DNA from: an uncultured Eggerthellaceae bacterium
Lineage (GTDB): Bacteria; Actinomycetota; Coriobacteriia; Coriobacteriales; Eggerthellaceae
DNA length: 64,000 bases
Direction of reading: 5' to 3'
Assembly: GCA_964553375.1 (NCBI GenBank)
Contig: CAZKKN010000002.1
Span: 3,280-67,279 of the forward strand
Shown: piece by piece, positions 1 through 10,282 of the stretch
How the letters are laid out: the number at the start of each line of letters is the position of its first letter
Numbering within the stretch: the first letter of the stretch is position 1
Notes under the pieces: generated by a model
Seen by the model: only the letters and a program-made list of their open reading frames with translations
Database searches by the model: none
Told to the model about the DNA's origin: nothing
Position numbers and translations under genes: made by a program

Positions 1-1862
1 CTGCCGCAGCTGGCTATGTAGGCATGCATGTGGCGACTCGTGCTAACACCCGCACGGCCTATGCTGCCGAGACCTCGGTGGCCAAAGCGCTCAACGTGAG
101 CTTCAAATCCGGCCTCACTATGGGCCTTTGCGTTGCTTCCTTTGCGCTTATGGGCCTGTCGCTTTGGCTGCTCCTCTTGGTCTTCGGTGTCAACATCCTG
201 GATGCCGACCTCATCCACGAGAACGTGGGCATGGTTGAGGGCTTCGCCACCGGCGCTTCGGCTGTGGCTCTCTTCGCCCGTGTGGGCGGCGGCATCTACA
301 CCAAGGCCGCAGACGTAGGTGCTGACCTGGTGGGCAAGGTGGAAGCCGGCATCCCCGAGGATGACCCGCGCAACCCAGCCACCATCGCCGACAACGTGGG
401 CGACAACGTGGGCGACGTGGCCGGCATGGGTGCCGACCTCTTCGAGTCCTACACCGGTGCCATCCTGGCCCCCACCATCCTGGCTGCCACTTTCGGCGCC
501 TTGGGTTACTTCAATGGGGTCATCGATTTCACTTGGGCGCTCATCACGCCGCTCATCATCGCTGCTTGCGGCATCATCACCTCGATCATCGGCCTGTTCG
601 CTGTGCGCACCAAAGAAGGTGCCGACCTGCACAAGGCCCTGAATCGCGGTACCTACCTGGCTGCAGGCATAGAGATCGTGGTCATCTTCATCATCTTCTT
701 CCTTTGGAACAACACCGCGGGCTCCAATGCCCAGCCGCTCTGGCTTTTCGGCTCCGTGATCTGCGGCTTGGTGGCGGGCCTTGCCATCGGGCGCATCACC
801 GAGTACTTCTGCTCCGATAAGTACAAGCCGGTGCATAAGATCGCCGAGGCCGCCGAGACCGGCGCTGCCACGGTGATCATCGAGGGCCTGGCTACGGGCA
901 TGAAGTCCACCATCGCCCCCATCGTGCTCATCGCTTTGGCCATCATCGGCGCCTTCACCTTCGGCAACATGGCCTTCCCCATGGGCATCCTGAACGAAGG
1001 CGGCATCGCCATGGGCCTTTACGGCGTTGGCCTGGCTGCTACCGGCATGCTCTCCAACACCGCCATCACCATCGGTGTGGACGCTTACGGCCCCGTGGCC
1101 GATAACGCTGGCGGCATCGCTGAGATGGCAGGCCTCCCCGAGGAGGTCCGTGACCGCACCGACGCCCTGGATGCCGTAGGCAACACCACCGCAGCCATCG
1201 CCAAGGGCTTCGCCATCTCCTCTGCCGGTCTTGCGGCCATCTCCCTGTTCGTGTCCTATCAGGCCAATATGCATCATCAGATCGCCGATTTCGCCCTCAC
1301 CCTCACCGATCCCATCATCGTGGCCGGCATCTTCATCGGCGCCATGATGCCCTTCATGTTCGCCGCGCTTACCATGGGTGCGGTTTCCCGCGCGGCCCAC
1401 GCCATGGTGGAGGAAGTGCGCCGTCAGTTCCGTGAGATCAAAGGCATCATGGAATACGAAGCGGAGCCGGAATACGACAAGTGCGTAGCCATCTCCACCA
1501 CCTCCGCCCTCCATGAGATGATGCTCCCTGGCATCCTGGCCATCGTGGTCCCCATCATCATCGGCTGCTTCAGTCCTGCGATGCTCGGTGGCTTTTTGGC
1601 TGGCGCTGTGGCCACGGGCATGCTCATGGCCATCTTCATGTCCAACTCCGGCGGAGCTTGGGATAATGCGAAGAAATACATCGAGCAGGGTCATTTCGGA
1701 GGCAAGCACTCCGAGGCGCACAAATCTGCCGTTGTGGGTGACACCGTGGGCGACCCGTTCAAGGACACCTCCGGCCCGTCCATGAACATCCTCATCAACC
1801 TGATGACCATCGTGTCGCTGACCTTCAGCCCGCTGTTCATCCTGGTGCAGAGCCTGTTCTAA
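1..1862 (+). CDS. hppA: membrane-bound ion-translocating pyrophosphatase; 5' end lies outside the window
   Basis: The frame is open from nt 3 (AAAGYVGM...), so the M at 24 is internal. The protein is polytopic and hydrophobic. PPase motifs are present: GGGIYTKAADVGADLVGKVE, DNVGDNVGD, SGGAWDNAKKYIE and GDTVGDPFKDTSGPS. Confidence 0.92.
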   Translation, partial: AAAGYVGMHVATRANTRTAYAAETSVAKALNVSFKSGLTMGLCVASFALMGLSLWLLLLVFGVNILDADLIHENVGMVEGFATGASAVALFARVGGGIYTKAADVGADLVGKVEAGIPEDDPRNPATIADNVGDNVGDVAGMGADLFESYTGAILAPTILAATFGALGYFNGVIDFTWALITPLIIAACGIITSIIGLFAVRTKEGADLHKALNRGTYLAAGIEIVVIFIIFFLWNNTAGSNAQPLWLFGSVICGLVAGLAIGRITEYFCSDKYKPVHKIAEAAETGAATVIIEGLATGMKSTIAPIVLIALAIIGAFTFGNMAFPMGILNEGGIAMGLYGVGLAATGMLSNTAITIGVDAYGPVADNAGGIAEMAGLPEEVRDRTDALDAVGNTTAAIAKGFAISSAGLAAISLFVSYQANMHHQIADFALTLTDPIIVAGIFIGAMMPFMFAALTMGAVSRAAHAMVEEVRRQFREIKGIMEYEAEPEYDKCVAISTTSALHEMMLPGILAIVVPIIIGCFSPAMLGGFLAGAVATGMLMAIFMSNSGGAWDNAKKYIEQGHFGGKHSEAHKSAVVGDTVGDPFKDTSGPSMNILINLMTIVSLTFSPLFILVQSLF

Positions 1863-1884
1863 AGAATCGAGCAGAACGCTTTTC

Positions 1885-1916
1885 AGCCTCCCTTCCTCTT
1901 GAAGGGAGGCTTTTTC
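1885..1916 (+). terminator. intrinsic terminator after hppA
   Basis: An 11-bp perfect stem AGCCTCCCTTC / GAAGGGAGGCT with loop CTCTT is followed by TTTTTC, 23 nt after the stop codon. Confidence 0.8.
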
Positions 1917-1985
1917 ATGTGAGGGAGAAATGAAAGAAGAAGAGGGCTGGAGCCCTCCCAGCCGTTTGATCCGAAACGACGCCCC

Positions 1986-3212
1986 TTAGCTCAGATCCGA
2001 GCAGTACTCGCGCATGAACAGGCGCTTGGTGCTCTTGGGGAAGAGATAGTGGTACAGGGCGATGAAGTAGCTATCGGTCATGGAGGAGATGTAATCCACG
2101 ATGATCTGATTCGGCTCTTCGGCCAGATACTCGTCGCGTGTGATGGAGTGTGACTTCGCGATGAGCCGCTCTATGTGGTGCTTGAAGACAGGGGAGGATT
2201 CGTCCCCGGTCAGAAGCTGACGCAACAGCTCCTCATACATCTCGGTGAACATCTCCTCCACGATGTTCTCGTATTCCGAAACCGTGCCCTCCTTGAAATA
2301 GATCTCCTCGTAGTTTTGCGCCTTGGCGCGCACGATGTCGGCGAATACCTCTTCGCTCATGGCAATGGAGTCCCTGCCATAGCTGTTGTTGACGATATCC
2401 ACGGTCATGTTGTTGATGATCTGGGCATTGTTCTGACCGATGATGGAGGTCTCGAAGCGGTGGAGGGAATCTATGACTCCCACATCCATCGCATCGGCCC
2501 GGTCCTTGCCGATGTAGGCGATCATGTCGCTGACCCGCACGACGCACCCCTCCAAAGTGGAGGGCCGCAGTGTCTTTATGAATGAGGCATCGGAGTTGCA
2601 GCGCTCCACTGCCTCATCAAGCGCTTCGAAGGAATCCATGCAGCCCAGCTTCAGCACCTGCTGGGCGAACTCGCCGTTGTGGCAAATGGCCCCGTCCAGG
2701 GTCTGAAGGCTGATATTGCGACGGTAGAGGCGATCCATCACCCTCACCGACTGCACATTGTGACGAAAATGGCGTCCCGTATGGTCGTGATAGCACTGGG
2801 AGAGGTATTTCTCACCTGCGTGGCCGAAAGGTGTATGACCCAGGTCATGACCTAAGGCGATGGCCTCGGTGAGTTGCGTATTCAAGCCCAGAAGATCGCT
2901 TATGCCCCGGGCGATGCGACTCACCAGCTGCACATGGAGCCCGCGCCTGGAGATGTCGTCGTTTTCCACGAACGAGAAGACCTGGGTCTTGTCTGCGTAG
3001 TGGTTATAGGCGGGGATGTTGATGATCTTCTCTATATCCCGGGCGAAGGCAGGACGGGTCAATGTGGCCTCGTCGTGAGCCTTTGCCTCGCGGCGCACGA
3101 TATCCTCATCCTTGAAGGCATAGGGGTTCTCCCACCCGGATGCGCGGTTCTCAAGTATCTCATGCTCGATTTGCGGGTCGAGCTCCAGGTAGGGAAGGGG
3201 GGTTTCGCTCAT
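1986..3212 (-). CDS. dgt: dGTP triphosphohydrolase-like HD-domain protein
   Basis: HD motif LGHDLGHTPFGHAGE. I trimmed the start to the second ATG (MSETPL...) because AAGGAGAG lies 4 nt upstream of it, inside the track's first 6 codons. Confidence 0.85.
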   Translation of the reverse strand: MSETPLPYLELDPQIEHEILENRASGWENPYAFKDEDIVRREAKAHDEATLTRPAFARDIEKIINIPAYNHYADKTQVFSFVENDDISRRGLHVQLVSRIARGISDLLGLNTQLTEAIALGHDLGHTPFGHAGEKYLSQCYHDHTGRHFRHNVQSVRVMDRLYRRNISLQTLDGAICHNGEFAQQVLKLGCMDSFEALDEAVERCNSDASFIKTLRPSTLEGCVVRVSDMIAYIGKDRADAMDVGVIDSLHRFETSIIGQNNAQIINNMTVDIVNNSYGRDSIAMSEEVFADIVRAKAQNYEEIYFKEGTVSEYENIVEEMFTEMYEELLRQLLTGDESSPVFKHHIERLIAKSHSITRDEYLAEEPNQIIVDYISSMTDSYFIALYHYLFPKSTKRLFMREYCSDLS

Positions 3213-3283
3213 TCGTCTCTCCTTAATCATATCGCCCTATTGTAACAAGCGAGCGGTGCAGGTCCCCTTACATCTTATAAACC

Positions 3284-5182
3284 ATGCGTTATACTTCCAA
3301 CACAGCGAACACTCGCATTAAAGACAGGCAGGCATTCGTGGGCCGCATTAGCGACGAAGACATACAGAAAGTGCGCGAGGCAACCGACCTGGTGGCGCTC
3401 ATCGGGGAATCCATCCCGTTGAAGCAAAAGGGGCGCGAGTTCTGGTGCTGCTGTCCGTTTCATCAGGAGAAGACCCCTTCCTGCAAGATCGACCCGGCCA
3501 CCCAGCTTTGGCACTGCTTCGGCTGCGGTGAAGGCGGTGATGTCTTCGGCTTCCTCATGAAATCCCAAGATATCAGCTTCCCCGATGCCGTGCGCACCCT
3601 GGCCGAGCGCGCCCACATAGACATCGCCGAGGCCGGCGGTCCGGGGGTGTCCCAGTCCCAGAAAGCCCGATTGCGCGATGTCTGCCGCTGTGCCATGGAG
3701 TTCTACCACACTCAGCTCATGCGAGGAAAATCCCCTGAAGCCGATGCTGCTCGAGCCTATCTGGCCTCCCGCGACCTCGGCGGAGAGGTCCCCAAACGCT
3801 GGTCGCTCGGCTTCGCTCCGGGCCATCGCATGCTTGTGAACCACTTGGCTTCCCAGGGCTTCAAACCCCAGGAGATGATCCAGGCAAACGTAGCCGTTCA
3901 ACGCTCCGGCGGGTCGTTGGCCGACCGGTTCTTCAACCGCGTGATGTTTCCCATCTTCGACATCCAAGGGGAATGCATCGCCTTCGGCGGCAGGGTGATC
4001 GGCCAAGGCGAACCCAAATACCTCAATTCCCAGGAGACGCCGCTTTTCCATAAATCCAACGTGCTCTATGGCCTGGACAAGGCGAAGGCAGCCATGACAA
4101 GCACCGGGGACGCCATCGTGGTGGAGGGATATACCGATGTTATCGCCCTGCATGAACATGGCATTACCAACGCCGTGGCCACATTGGGCACCGCTCTCAC
4201 CCTGCAGCATATCCGCCTGCTCTCGCGTCATGCCTCCAAGCGCATCATCTATCTTTTCGATGGCGATGCTGCAGGTCAGCGTGCTGCCGACCGGGCGTTG
4301 GGATTCATCAACGATGACATGACCCCCGAGGCGGGGAAAACCCGCATCGAGCTTTGCGCCATCACGCTTCCAGACGATCTGGATCCGGCGGATTTCATCG
4401 AAGCCCGGGGGGCGGATGCCTTGAAGGCGCTTCTGGATCAGGCGAAACCCTTGGTGCTCTATGGCATCGAGCGGCGCTTGGCCAACCACGACCTGAGCTC
4501 TGTGGAAGGACGCACACGGGCCTTCGCCGATGCGCTTTCCGTACTGGCTCCAATAAAGACCTCGCTTCTCGCTAAGGATTATGCGGTCCAGCTGGCCGGA
4601 CGCCTCCAAATGCGAGAAGAAGACGCCCTTGCCGCCCTGGCCGAGCTGAAACCCCCTGTCACGTATGGGGCAGAGGGCCAAAACGCACCAGTGCAAGAGC
4701 CATCCCACAGGCCGTCTTTAAGCGAGGCGGAGAAGAGCCGCCGGCGCTTGGAACGGCGCTTCCTTGCCCTAGCGGTGCAAGATCCCACCTTGGCCTTGGG
4801 TTTTGCCGATACCCTGGCTCAGACCCATTGGCACGATGCGCTGAGCGCCTCCATCGCTGCGGCGCTGCTGAGCGCCTTGGAGGATAATCCCTCCCGCACT
4901 CCGGCAGAGCTCGTATCCTCCATCGCCACTGCCGAACCGCAAGCGGCAGGCGTTCTCACAGGTTTCGCCCCTGCCTCCCAGGGCACGCCTCAAGAGACGT
5001 TGGCCTTCATCCAGGAGGAGCTCCAGATCGGCGATTTGGAGGAATCCATCGCCGCTCTCAATGCCACCCTTAAAAGCCAATCCGGCGCAAGTGACGAGGA
5101 GCAGGATATGGTATTCCATGCCCTGGTGGACATGCAGAAGACCCTAGCCGCCAAGAAGGCCGCCCACAAGCTTTCCCTCTAG
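3284..5182 (+). CDS. dnaG: DNA primase
   Basis: CHC2 zinc finger CCCPFHQEKTPSCKIDPATQLWHCFGCGEGGDVFGF. TOPRIM motifs IVVEGYTDVIALHEHG and YLFDGDAAGQRAA. The start is uncertain: ATG 3284 has no Shine-Dalgarno sequence, and GTG 3338 is an alternative. Confidence 0.9.
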   Translation: MRYTSNTANTRIKDRQAFVGRISDEDIQKVREATDLVALIGESIPLKQKGREFWCCCPFHQEKTPSCKIDPATQLWHCFGCGEGGDVFGFLMKSQDISFPDAVRTLAERAHIDIAEAGGPGVSQSQKARLRDVCRCAMEFYHTQLMRGKSPEADAARAYLASRDLGGEVPKRWSLGFAPGHRMLVNHLASQGFKPQEMIQANVAVQRSGGSLADRFFNRVMFPIFDIQGECIAFGGRVIGQGEPKYLNSQETPLFHKSNVLYGLDKAKAAMTSTGDAIVVEGYTDVIALHEHGITNAVATLGTALTLQHIRLLSRHASKRIIYLFDGDAAGQRAADRALGFINDDMTPEAGKTRIELCAITLPDDLDPADFIEARGADALKALLDQAKPLVLYGIERRLANHDLSSVEGRTRAFADALSVLAPIKTSLLAKDYAVQLAGRLQMREEDALAALAELKPPVTYGAEGQNAPVQEPSHRPSLSEAEKSRRRLERRFLALAVQDPTLALGFADTLAQTHWHDALSASIAAALLSALEDNPSRTPAELVSSIATAEPQAAGVLTGFAPASQGTPQETLAFIQEELQIGDLEESIAALNATLKSQSGASDEEQDMVFHALVDMQKTLAAKKAAHKLSL

Positions 5183-5294
5183 CGGGCTCCGTCCAGGGGA
5201 ATAAGTTCTGCTTCTTCCGTATCACCGCACCAAAGCCTTAAGGGTTGCCGCTATACTGGACTGGTAATGCTTGATAACGTAAGAAGGTCCTGCT

Positions 5295-5831
5295 GTGTTG
5301 AAAATCGTGCAATCGCCCGATCCGCTCTTGAATCAAGTCTGCGAGCCGGTGAGCGACTTCGATAGATCGCTGAAAAAACTCGCTAAGTCCATGGAGAAAG
5401 CCATGTACGCCAACGATGGCGTGGGCATAGCAGCCCCTCAAGTGGGGGTTTTGAAGCGCTTGATCGTGATAGATGTATCCGCCGAGGATGTCCATGACCC
5501 TTTGGTGCTGGTGAATCCGCGCATCCTCGATCTGCAGGGCGACCCCATAGAAGCCGAAGAAGGCTGCCTTTCGTGCCCTGGCATCACGGTGCTCATAGAG
5601 CGCAAGCCTTGGGTCTCCGTGGCCTTCCAAGACCTGGAAGGGGAGGAATGGGAGATCTCCGGTGAGGATCTTCTCGGCCGCTGCCTGCAACATGAGATAG
5701 ACCATCTGGAGGGCCGTACGCTTTTTGAGAGCGCCTCACCTAAAAACCGCATCAAAGCCTTGAAGGAATACGAGGAGGCCCGTCGCGCCGGAGCGAAGCC
5801 GGGCGAGACCTCGGTGAGGATGGTGCGCTGA
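5295..5831 (+). CDS. def: peptide deformylase
   Basis: The three deformylase motifs are present: GIAAPQVG, EGCLSCPG and HEIDHLEG. GTG start. Confidence 0.93.
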   Translation: MLKIVQSPDPLLNQVCEPVSDFDRSLKKLAKSMEKAMYANDGVGIAAPQVGVLKRLIVIDVSAEDVHDPLVLVNPRILDLQGDPIEAEEGCLSCPGITVLIERKPWVSVAFQDLEGEEWEISGEDLLGRCLQHEIDHLEGRTLFESASPKNRIKALKEYEEARRAGAKPGETSVRMVR

Positions 5832-6781
5832 TGCGCATCGTCTTCATGGGCACGCCGCTTTTCGCTGCCCGGATCCTCAGCGCCCTCTGCGATAAGCATG
5901 AGGTCATCGCCTGCTACACCCGCGCTGACGCCGTGCGGGGTCGCGGTAAGAAGCTCATTCCCTCACCGGTTAAAGAGGAGGCCCGAAGCCGGGGTATACC
6001 GGTATTCACACCTCCTTCCTTCAAGGATCCGAAGACAGTGGAGCAGCTGGCAGAACTCCAGCCCGAGATCATTTGCGTGGCGGCCTATGGGGCCCTGCTA
6101 CCCCCGAATGTATTGGCCATCCCCCCGTTCGGGTGCTTGAATGTGCACGGGTCGCTTCTTCCCCGATGGCGGGGAGCCGCTCCCTTGGAGCGCGCTCTGC
6201 TTGCAGGCGACGAGACGACTGGGGTGTGCATCATGGCCATGGAAGCCGGGTTGGACACAGGTCCCTATTGCCAGCGGGGAACCATTGAAATAGGGGAGAA
6301 GGACCTGGCCGCCCTTTACGATGAGATGGCTCAGCTTGGCTCTGATCTGCTGCTTCAGGCTTTGGACGGGCTCCAGGCCAATGAGGTGCAGTGGCAGGCC
6401 CAAAACGAGGTGGAAGCCCTCTATGCTCAGAAGATCGGGAAAGGTGAGCTCAATCCCACTCCCAACGACGCGCCTTCCGCTTTCATCCGCAAGGTCCGCG
6501 CATCCTCCACAGAGCATCCCGCCAAAGCGATGCTGGCCTCCAAGCCGGTCACCCTTGAGACCTGCAGGCTCTTGGATGCAGAATCAGAAGGCACCTTGGC
6601 AAGCGACCTCGAACCCGGCACCCTGCGCTTCGCAGCCAAGCGCCTGCTGCTGGGCCTCCCAGGTGGTGCGGTGGAGGTGCTCTCCCTTAAGCCCGATGGC
6701 AAGAAATCCATGACCGGTGCCGCTTTCGCTGCCGGCATTCCAGGAATGAAGACAGAGGACAACCGATGGGACGCCCTATGA
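5831..6781 (+). CDS. fmt: methionyl-tRNA formyltransferase
   Basis: MRIVFMGTPLFAA N-terminus and NVHGSLLPRWRGAAP motif. TGATG overlap with the def stop codon. Confidence 0.93.
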   Translation: MRIVFMGTPLFAARILSALCDKHEVIACYTRADAVRGRGKKLIPSPVKEEARSRGIPVFTPPSFKDPKTVEQLAELQPEIICVAAYGALLPPNVLAIPPFGCLNVHGSLLPRWRGAAPLERALLAGDETTGVCIMAMEAGLDTGPYCQRGTIEIGEKDLAALYDEMAQLGSDLLLQALDGLQANEVQWQAQNEVEALYAQKIGKGELNPTPNDAPSAFIRKVRASSTEHPAKAMLASKPVTLETCRLLDAESEGTLASDLEPGTLRFAAKRLLLGLPGGAVEVLSLKPDGKKSMTGAAFAAGIPGMKTEDNRWDAL

Positions 6782-8451
6782 GCTACGATTTGAACAACCC
6801 CCCTGAAGACGAGGGCCGTGAGCCGAAAAAACCCTGGCGACCCAACAAGGAGCGCAAGGTGCGCTCCAAGAAGGCCTTTGACCAGCATAAGATGAACTGC
6901 TTGGTAAACGATGACACCCCAGCCTACAAAGGGCAGCTTGATCCCCGTAAGAACCGGCGAGATGAGAAGCAGAAGCCCCGCTCCATCTCACGCTCGGAAC
7001 AGAAGGTGCGCGCCAAGGCCCGGGCCCTCGCTTCCGCAGAGGAGGGCGCGGGCACAACGCAGCCGCGGGAGTTCACCGATTTCCGCAGCGAGTTCTATCC
7101 TAGCGAGGCCACGCCGGGTCGCTTGGGAGCCCTTTTCGCCACTCAGCAGGTACGTCAGCGCAAGGCCTTCGCACAGGATGTCATAGAGGCCTCCATCGAC
7201 CGCTCGCGGCTTTCCGACCAAGATCGCGCCTTCGCCACGCTGCTCACCTTGGGCGTGGTCTCCACCCAAGGAGCCTTGGATGCCGTGATCGACCGCTGCC
7301 TTCAAAGCCCCAGCGACATTAAGCCCGGAGTACGCGATGCCCTGCGCATCTCCGCTTATGAGCTTATCTACCTGCGAAAAGAGCCGCACGCTGCCCTGGA
7401 TCAGGGAGTGGAGCTGGTGCGCAGCATCGCACCAAGCGCAGCCGGCTTGGGAAATGCCGTGCTTCATCGGGTGCAGAAAGCCGCCGAGGCCTTCCCTTTC
7501 GGCGACCCCTCCAAGGACATCGAAGCCTTGGCGCTTCTCTACGGCTTCCCGCTTTGGCTCACGCGAAAGCTCATCTGCGACCTGGGCCCCCAGGAAGCAG
7601 TGGCCTTCATGCAGGCCTCCAACGAACCGGCACCGCTTTTCATCGCCGTGAATGCCCTGCGCGCCACGGATGAAGAGGTCATCTCCCTTTTCGAAGAGGT
7701 GGGAAGCGAGCTTCAACCCCAAGGGGCCGGGGGTGTGGAAGTGGCAGGATGCTACCGCGTGGTAGACAATCACGCGCTGAATGACGGGCGCATCAAGCGC
7801 CTTTTCTCCCAGGGGAAGATCCTCGTCTCCGATGCGGCAGCCCAAGCTGTGGCTGCAAGCGTCCTTGAATCCGGCTGCCCCGAAGATCTTTTAGAGGTTG
7901 GGGCTGGCCGCGGCACGAAGACCATACTCATCCAAAGCGATGCCCAGCGACGTTTCGGGCATCAGATCAAGCTCACGCCCCTGGATGCCCACGGATTCAA
8001 GGCAGACCTCCTCATCCAGCGCGTAGATGCCTACGGTGTGACCATCGAGCCACCCATAACCGGCAACGCCACCCGCCTTGATTCCGTTATAGGCGACCGC
8101 ATGTTCTCGCGCATCTTCATCGATGCGCCCTGTTCGGGCTTGGGCACCCTGCGCCGCCACCACGAGATCCGTTGGCGCATCACCCCCGAGCAGATCCAGG
8201 AGCTCGCTCAGACCAACCTGGCACTGCTCCGCTCGGCGGCAAGCCATATCCAACCCGGCGGAGAGCTCATCTACTCCACCTGCACGGTCACTTACGACGA
8301 GAACAACGGCACGGTGAAGGCGTTTTTGGAGAGCCCCGAAGGACGTGATTTCACCCTGTCACCCCTGAATGGGAAAGCCTGCTTCTGCAGCCAGCTCACC
8401 TCAGGCTCGCCTGATGCCCACTTTGCCGCAAAATTCACTAAGAAATGCTGA
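6778..8451 (+). CDS. rsmB: 16S rRNA (cytosine-C5) methyltransferase RsmB/Sun with a basic N-terminal extension
   Basis: NusB-like region followed by a SAM methyltransferase with DAPCSGLGTLRRHHEIRW and YSTCTV. I placed the start at the ATG forming an ATGA overlap with the fmt stop; the track ATG at 6766 is also possible. Confidence 0.85.
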   Translation: MSYDLNNPPEDEGREPKKPWRPNKERKVRSKKAFDQHKMNCLVNDDTPAYKGQLDPRKNRRDEKQKPRSISRSEQKVRAKARALASAEEGAGTTQPREFTDFRSEFYPSEATPGRLGALFATQQVRQRKAFAQDVIEASIDRSRLSDQDRAFATLLTLGVVSTQGALDAVIDRCLQSPSDIKPGVRDALRISAYELIYLRKEPHAALDQGVELVRSIAPSAAGLGNAVLHRVQKAAEAFPFGDPSKDIEALALLYGFPLWLTRKLICDLGPQEAVAFMQASNEPAPLFIAVNALRATDEEVISLFEEVGSELQPQGAGGVEVAGCYRVVDNHALNDGRIKRLFSQGKILVSDAAAQAVAASVLESGCPEDLLEVGAGRGTKTILIQSDAQRRFGHQIKLTPLDAHGFKADLLIQRVDAYGVTIEPPITGNATRLDSVIGDRMFSRIFIDAPCSGLGTLRRHHEIRWRITPEQIQELAQTNLALLRSAASHIQPGGELIYSTCTVTYDENNGTVKAFLESPEGRDFTLSPLNGKACFCSQLTSGSPDAHFAAKFTKKC

Positions 8452-8512
8452 AAGTTCCCAAATAGTGGTGTAATATAGCCAAAGTCTGAAGCCCGAACAC
8501 GAGAGGCGAGCT

Positions 8513-9484
8513 ATGCAACCTGCCCGTATCATGGAAATCCAGGCCGTGGCCGAAGCCGCCGCCATCGCCAGCGCCCGCTGGAACGGCCTTGGCGACAAGG
8601 TGGCCGCCGACCAGGCCGCTACCGAGGCTATGCGCCAAGCGTTCAATGACATCAACTTCTCCGGTCGCATCGTCATAGGGGAGGGGGAGCGCGACGAGGC
8701 CCCCATGCTCTACATCGGTGAGGAGCTCGGCCGCGGTGGTGAGCAGATCGACATCGCCGTAGACCCTCTGGAAGGCACGAACCTTTGCGCCTATGACCGC
8801 CCCGCTGCCTGGTGCACCATCGCCGTGGCACCCCGTGGCGCGCTGCTTTATGCACCGGACACCTACATGTGGAAGGTTGCCGCCGGTCCCGCCTGCAAGG
8901 GCAAGGTGAGCATAGAGAAGACTCCTTCGGAGAACGTGAAGGCCGTTGCCGAGGCTTTGGGCAAGCCCGTTGAAGAGGTGACGGTTTGCATCCTGGACCG
9001 TGACCGCCATAAGGACATCATCCGCGAGCTGCGCGAAGTGGGCTGCCGCGTGAAGACCATCGATGACGGCGACGTTTACTGGTGCATCGCCACCGCCTTA
9101 CCGGATTCCGGTGTGGATATGGTGCTCGGTGCCGGCGGCTCCCCCGAGGCCGTGCTTTCCGCCACGGGTCTGAAGGCAGTGGGCGGAGAGTTCTCCGCAC
9201 GGCTCGGTTTCGATGCGGATCCTCACGGCGAGGAGAAGCGCGCACGTGCCGAGAAGATGAGCTCCATCGACTTGGATGCCCCGCTTTCCATGGATGACCT
9301 GGTGAGCAGCGATGACGCCTTGTTCGTGGGCTGCGGCGTTACCGATAGCGAGCTGATCCAAGGCGTTCACCGCTATGCCGATGGCACCATTACCACCGAA
9401 TGCCTGGTGCTCAATGCAGCCGACAAGAGCATTCGAATTATCAAGACCTGCCACCGGGGTGAAAAAGGGGCTGTTCGCATCTAA
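8513..9484 (+). CDS. glpX: class II fructose-1,6-bisphosphatase
   Basis: GEGERDEAPMLYIGE and VDPLEGTN motifs; length typical of GlpX. Confidence 0.9.
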   Translation: MQPARIMEIQAVAEAAAIASARWNGLGDKVAADQAATEAMRQAFNDINFSGRIVIGEGERDEAPMLYIGEELGRGGEQIDIAVDPLEGTNLCAYDRPAAWCTIAVAPRGALLYAPDTYMWKVAAGPACKGKVSIEKTPSENVKAVAEALGKPVEEVTVCILDRDRHKDIIRELREVGCRVKTIDDGDVYWCIATALPDSGVDMVLGAGGSPEAVLSATGLKAVGGEFSARLGFDADPHGEEKRARAEKMSSIDLDAPLSMDDLVSSDDALFVGCGVTDSELIQGVHRYADGTITTECLVLNAADKSIRIIKTCHRGEKGAVRI

Positions 9485-9510
9485 CAATGCATGATTGCAC
9501 TGGTTCTTCG

Positions 9511-9548
9511 AGCAGACCCTCAGGTATGACCCGAGGGTCTGCTGCTTA
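9511..9548 (+). terminator. hairpin downstream of glpX (probable terminator)
   Basis: 11-bp perfect stem AGCAGACCCTC / GAGGGTCTGCT with an 11-nt loop. The U-tract is weak (GCTTATA). Confidence 0.5.
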
Positions 9549-9590
9549 TAGCGCTGATTATCCGATAGTTAAAGGAAAGGGAGGAAATCC

Positions 9591-10184
9591 ATGGCAGAGA
9601 TAACCGAACCGAACATCCAAGAGGTCGCCAGCCGCATTCAGGCACTTCGGGAGGATTGCGGCTTCAGCATAGAGGCTATGGCCGAGGCCACGGGTCGCTC
9701 CCCAGAAGAATACCTTGCCCAAGAATCCGGCAATGAGGACCTCTCGTTCACCTTCCTCTATAAATGCGCTAAGAAGCTGGGTGTGGATGTGATTGAGCTT
9801 CTCACCGGCGAATCCCCTCATTTGCGGGGCTATTCGGTGGTGCGGGATGGTCGCGGGCTCTCCATCAAGCGCCGGGCGGGCTTCGAGTACCTGCACAAGG
9901 CACCCCACCTGCAAAACAAACTCGCAGAGCCCTTCGTGGTCACAGCACCTTACTTGGAAGAAGAGCAGAACAAGCCCATCCATCTCTCCTATCATGCGGG
10001 AATGGAGTTGGACTACATCATCTCCGGTCATATGCGCTTCGCTTACGAAGACCACGAGGAGGAGCTCAACCCCGGGGATGTGGTGATGTATGACTCCGGT
10101 CGCGGCCACGGGATGATAGCCACAGGCGGCGAGCCCTGCGTCTTCCTGGCCATCGTGATGAAGCCGGACGGGGCGATTATCTAG
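9591..10184 (+). CDS. XRE-family HTH transcriptional regulator with C-terminal cupin domain
   Basis: N-terminal HTH (IQALREDCGFSIEAMAEATGRSPEEYLAQESG). C-terminal cupin (GHMRFAYEDHEEELNPGDVVMYDSGRGHGM). GGGAGG Shine-Dalgarno sequence upstream. Confidence 0.8.
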   Translation: MAEITEPNIQEVASRIQALREDCGFSIEAMAEATGRSPEEYLAQESGNEDLSFTFLYKCAKKLGVDVIELLTGESPHLRGYSVVRDGRGLSIKRRAGFEYLHKAPHLQNKLAEPFVVTAPYLEEEQNKPIHLSYHAGMELDYIISGHMRFAYEDHEEELNPGDVVMYDSGRGHGMIATGGEPCVFLAIVMKPDGAII

Positions 10185-10282
10185 GAGCCTGCAGCATCCG
10201 GCTCCGAGGCCTTCGGGAAGCTGCCAGACCCGCAAGGCGCCCTTGTTCCAACTGTTCACGCTGACCGTTTTGGAGGAGTTCC

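Noticed and set aside
1945-1963. Second hairpin (GGCTGG-AGCCCTC-CCAGCC) as the dgt terminator on the minus strand.
   Set aside because: The stem is only 6 bp and the downstream tract is mixed C/T. It is plausible but too weak to list as a feature. The 1885-1916 hairpin may serve both convergent genes.
3275-4708. 477-aa ORF on the minus strand.
   Set aside because: It is fully antisense to dnaG, whose zinc finger and TOPRIM motifs are unambiguous. The product is Gly/Ala/Arg/His-rich with no recognisable motif. Long antisense ORFs are expected in high-GC DNA because stop codons are rare.
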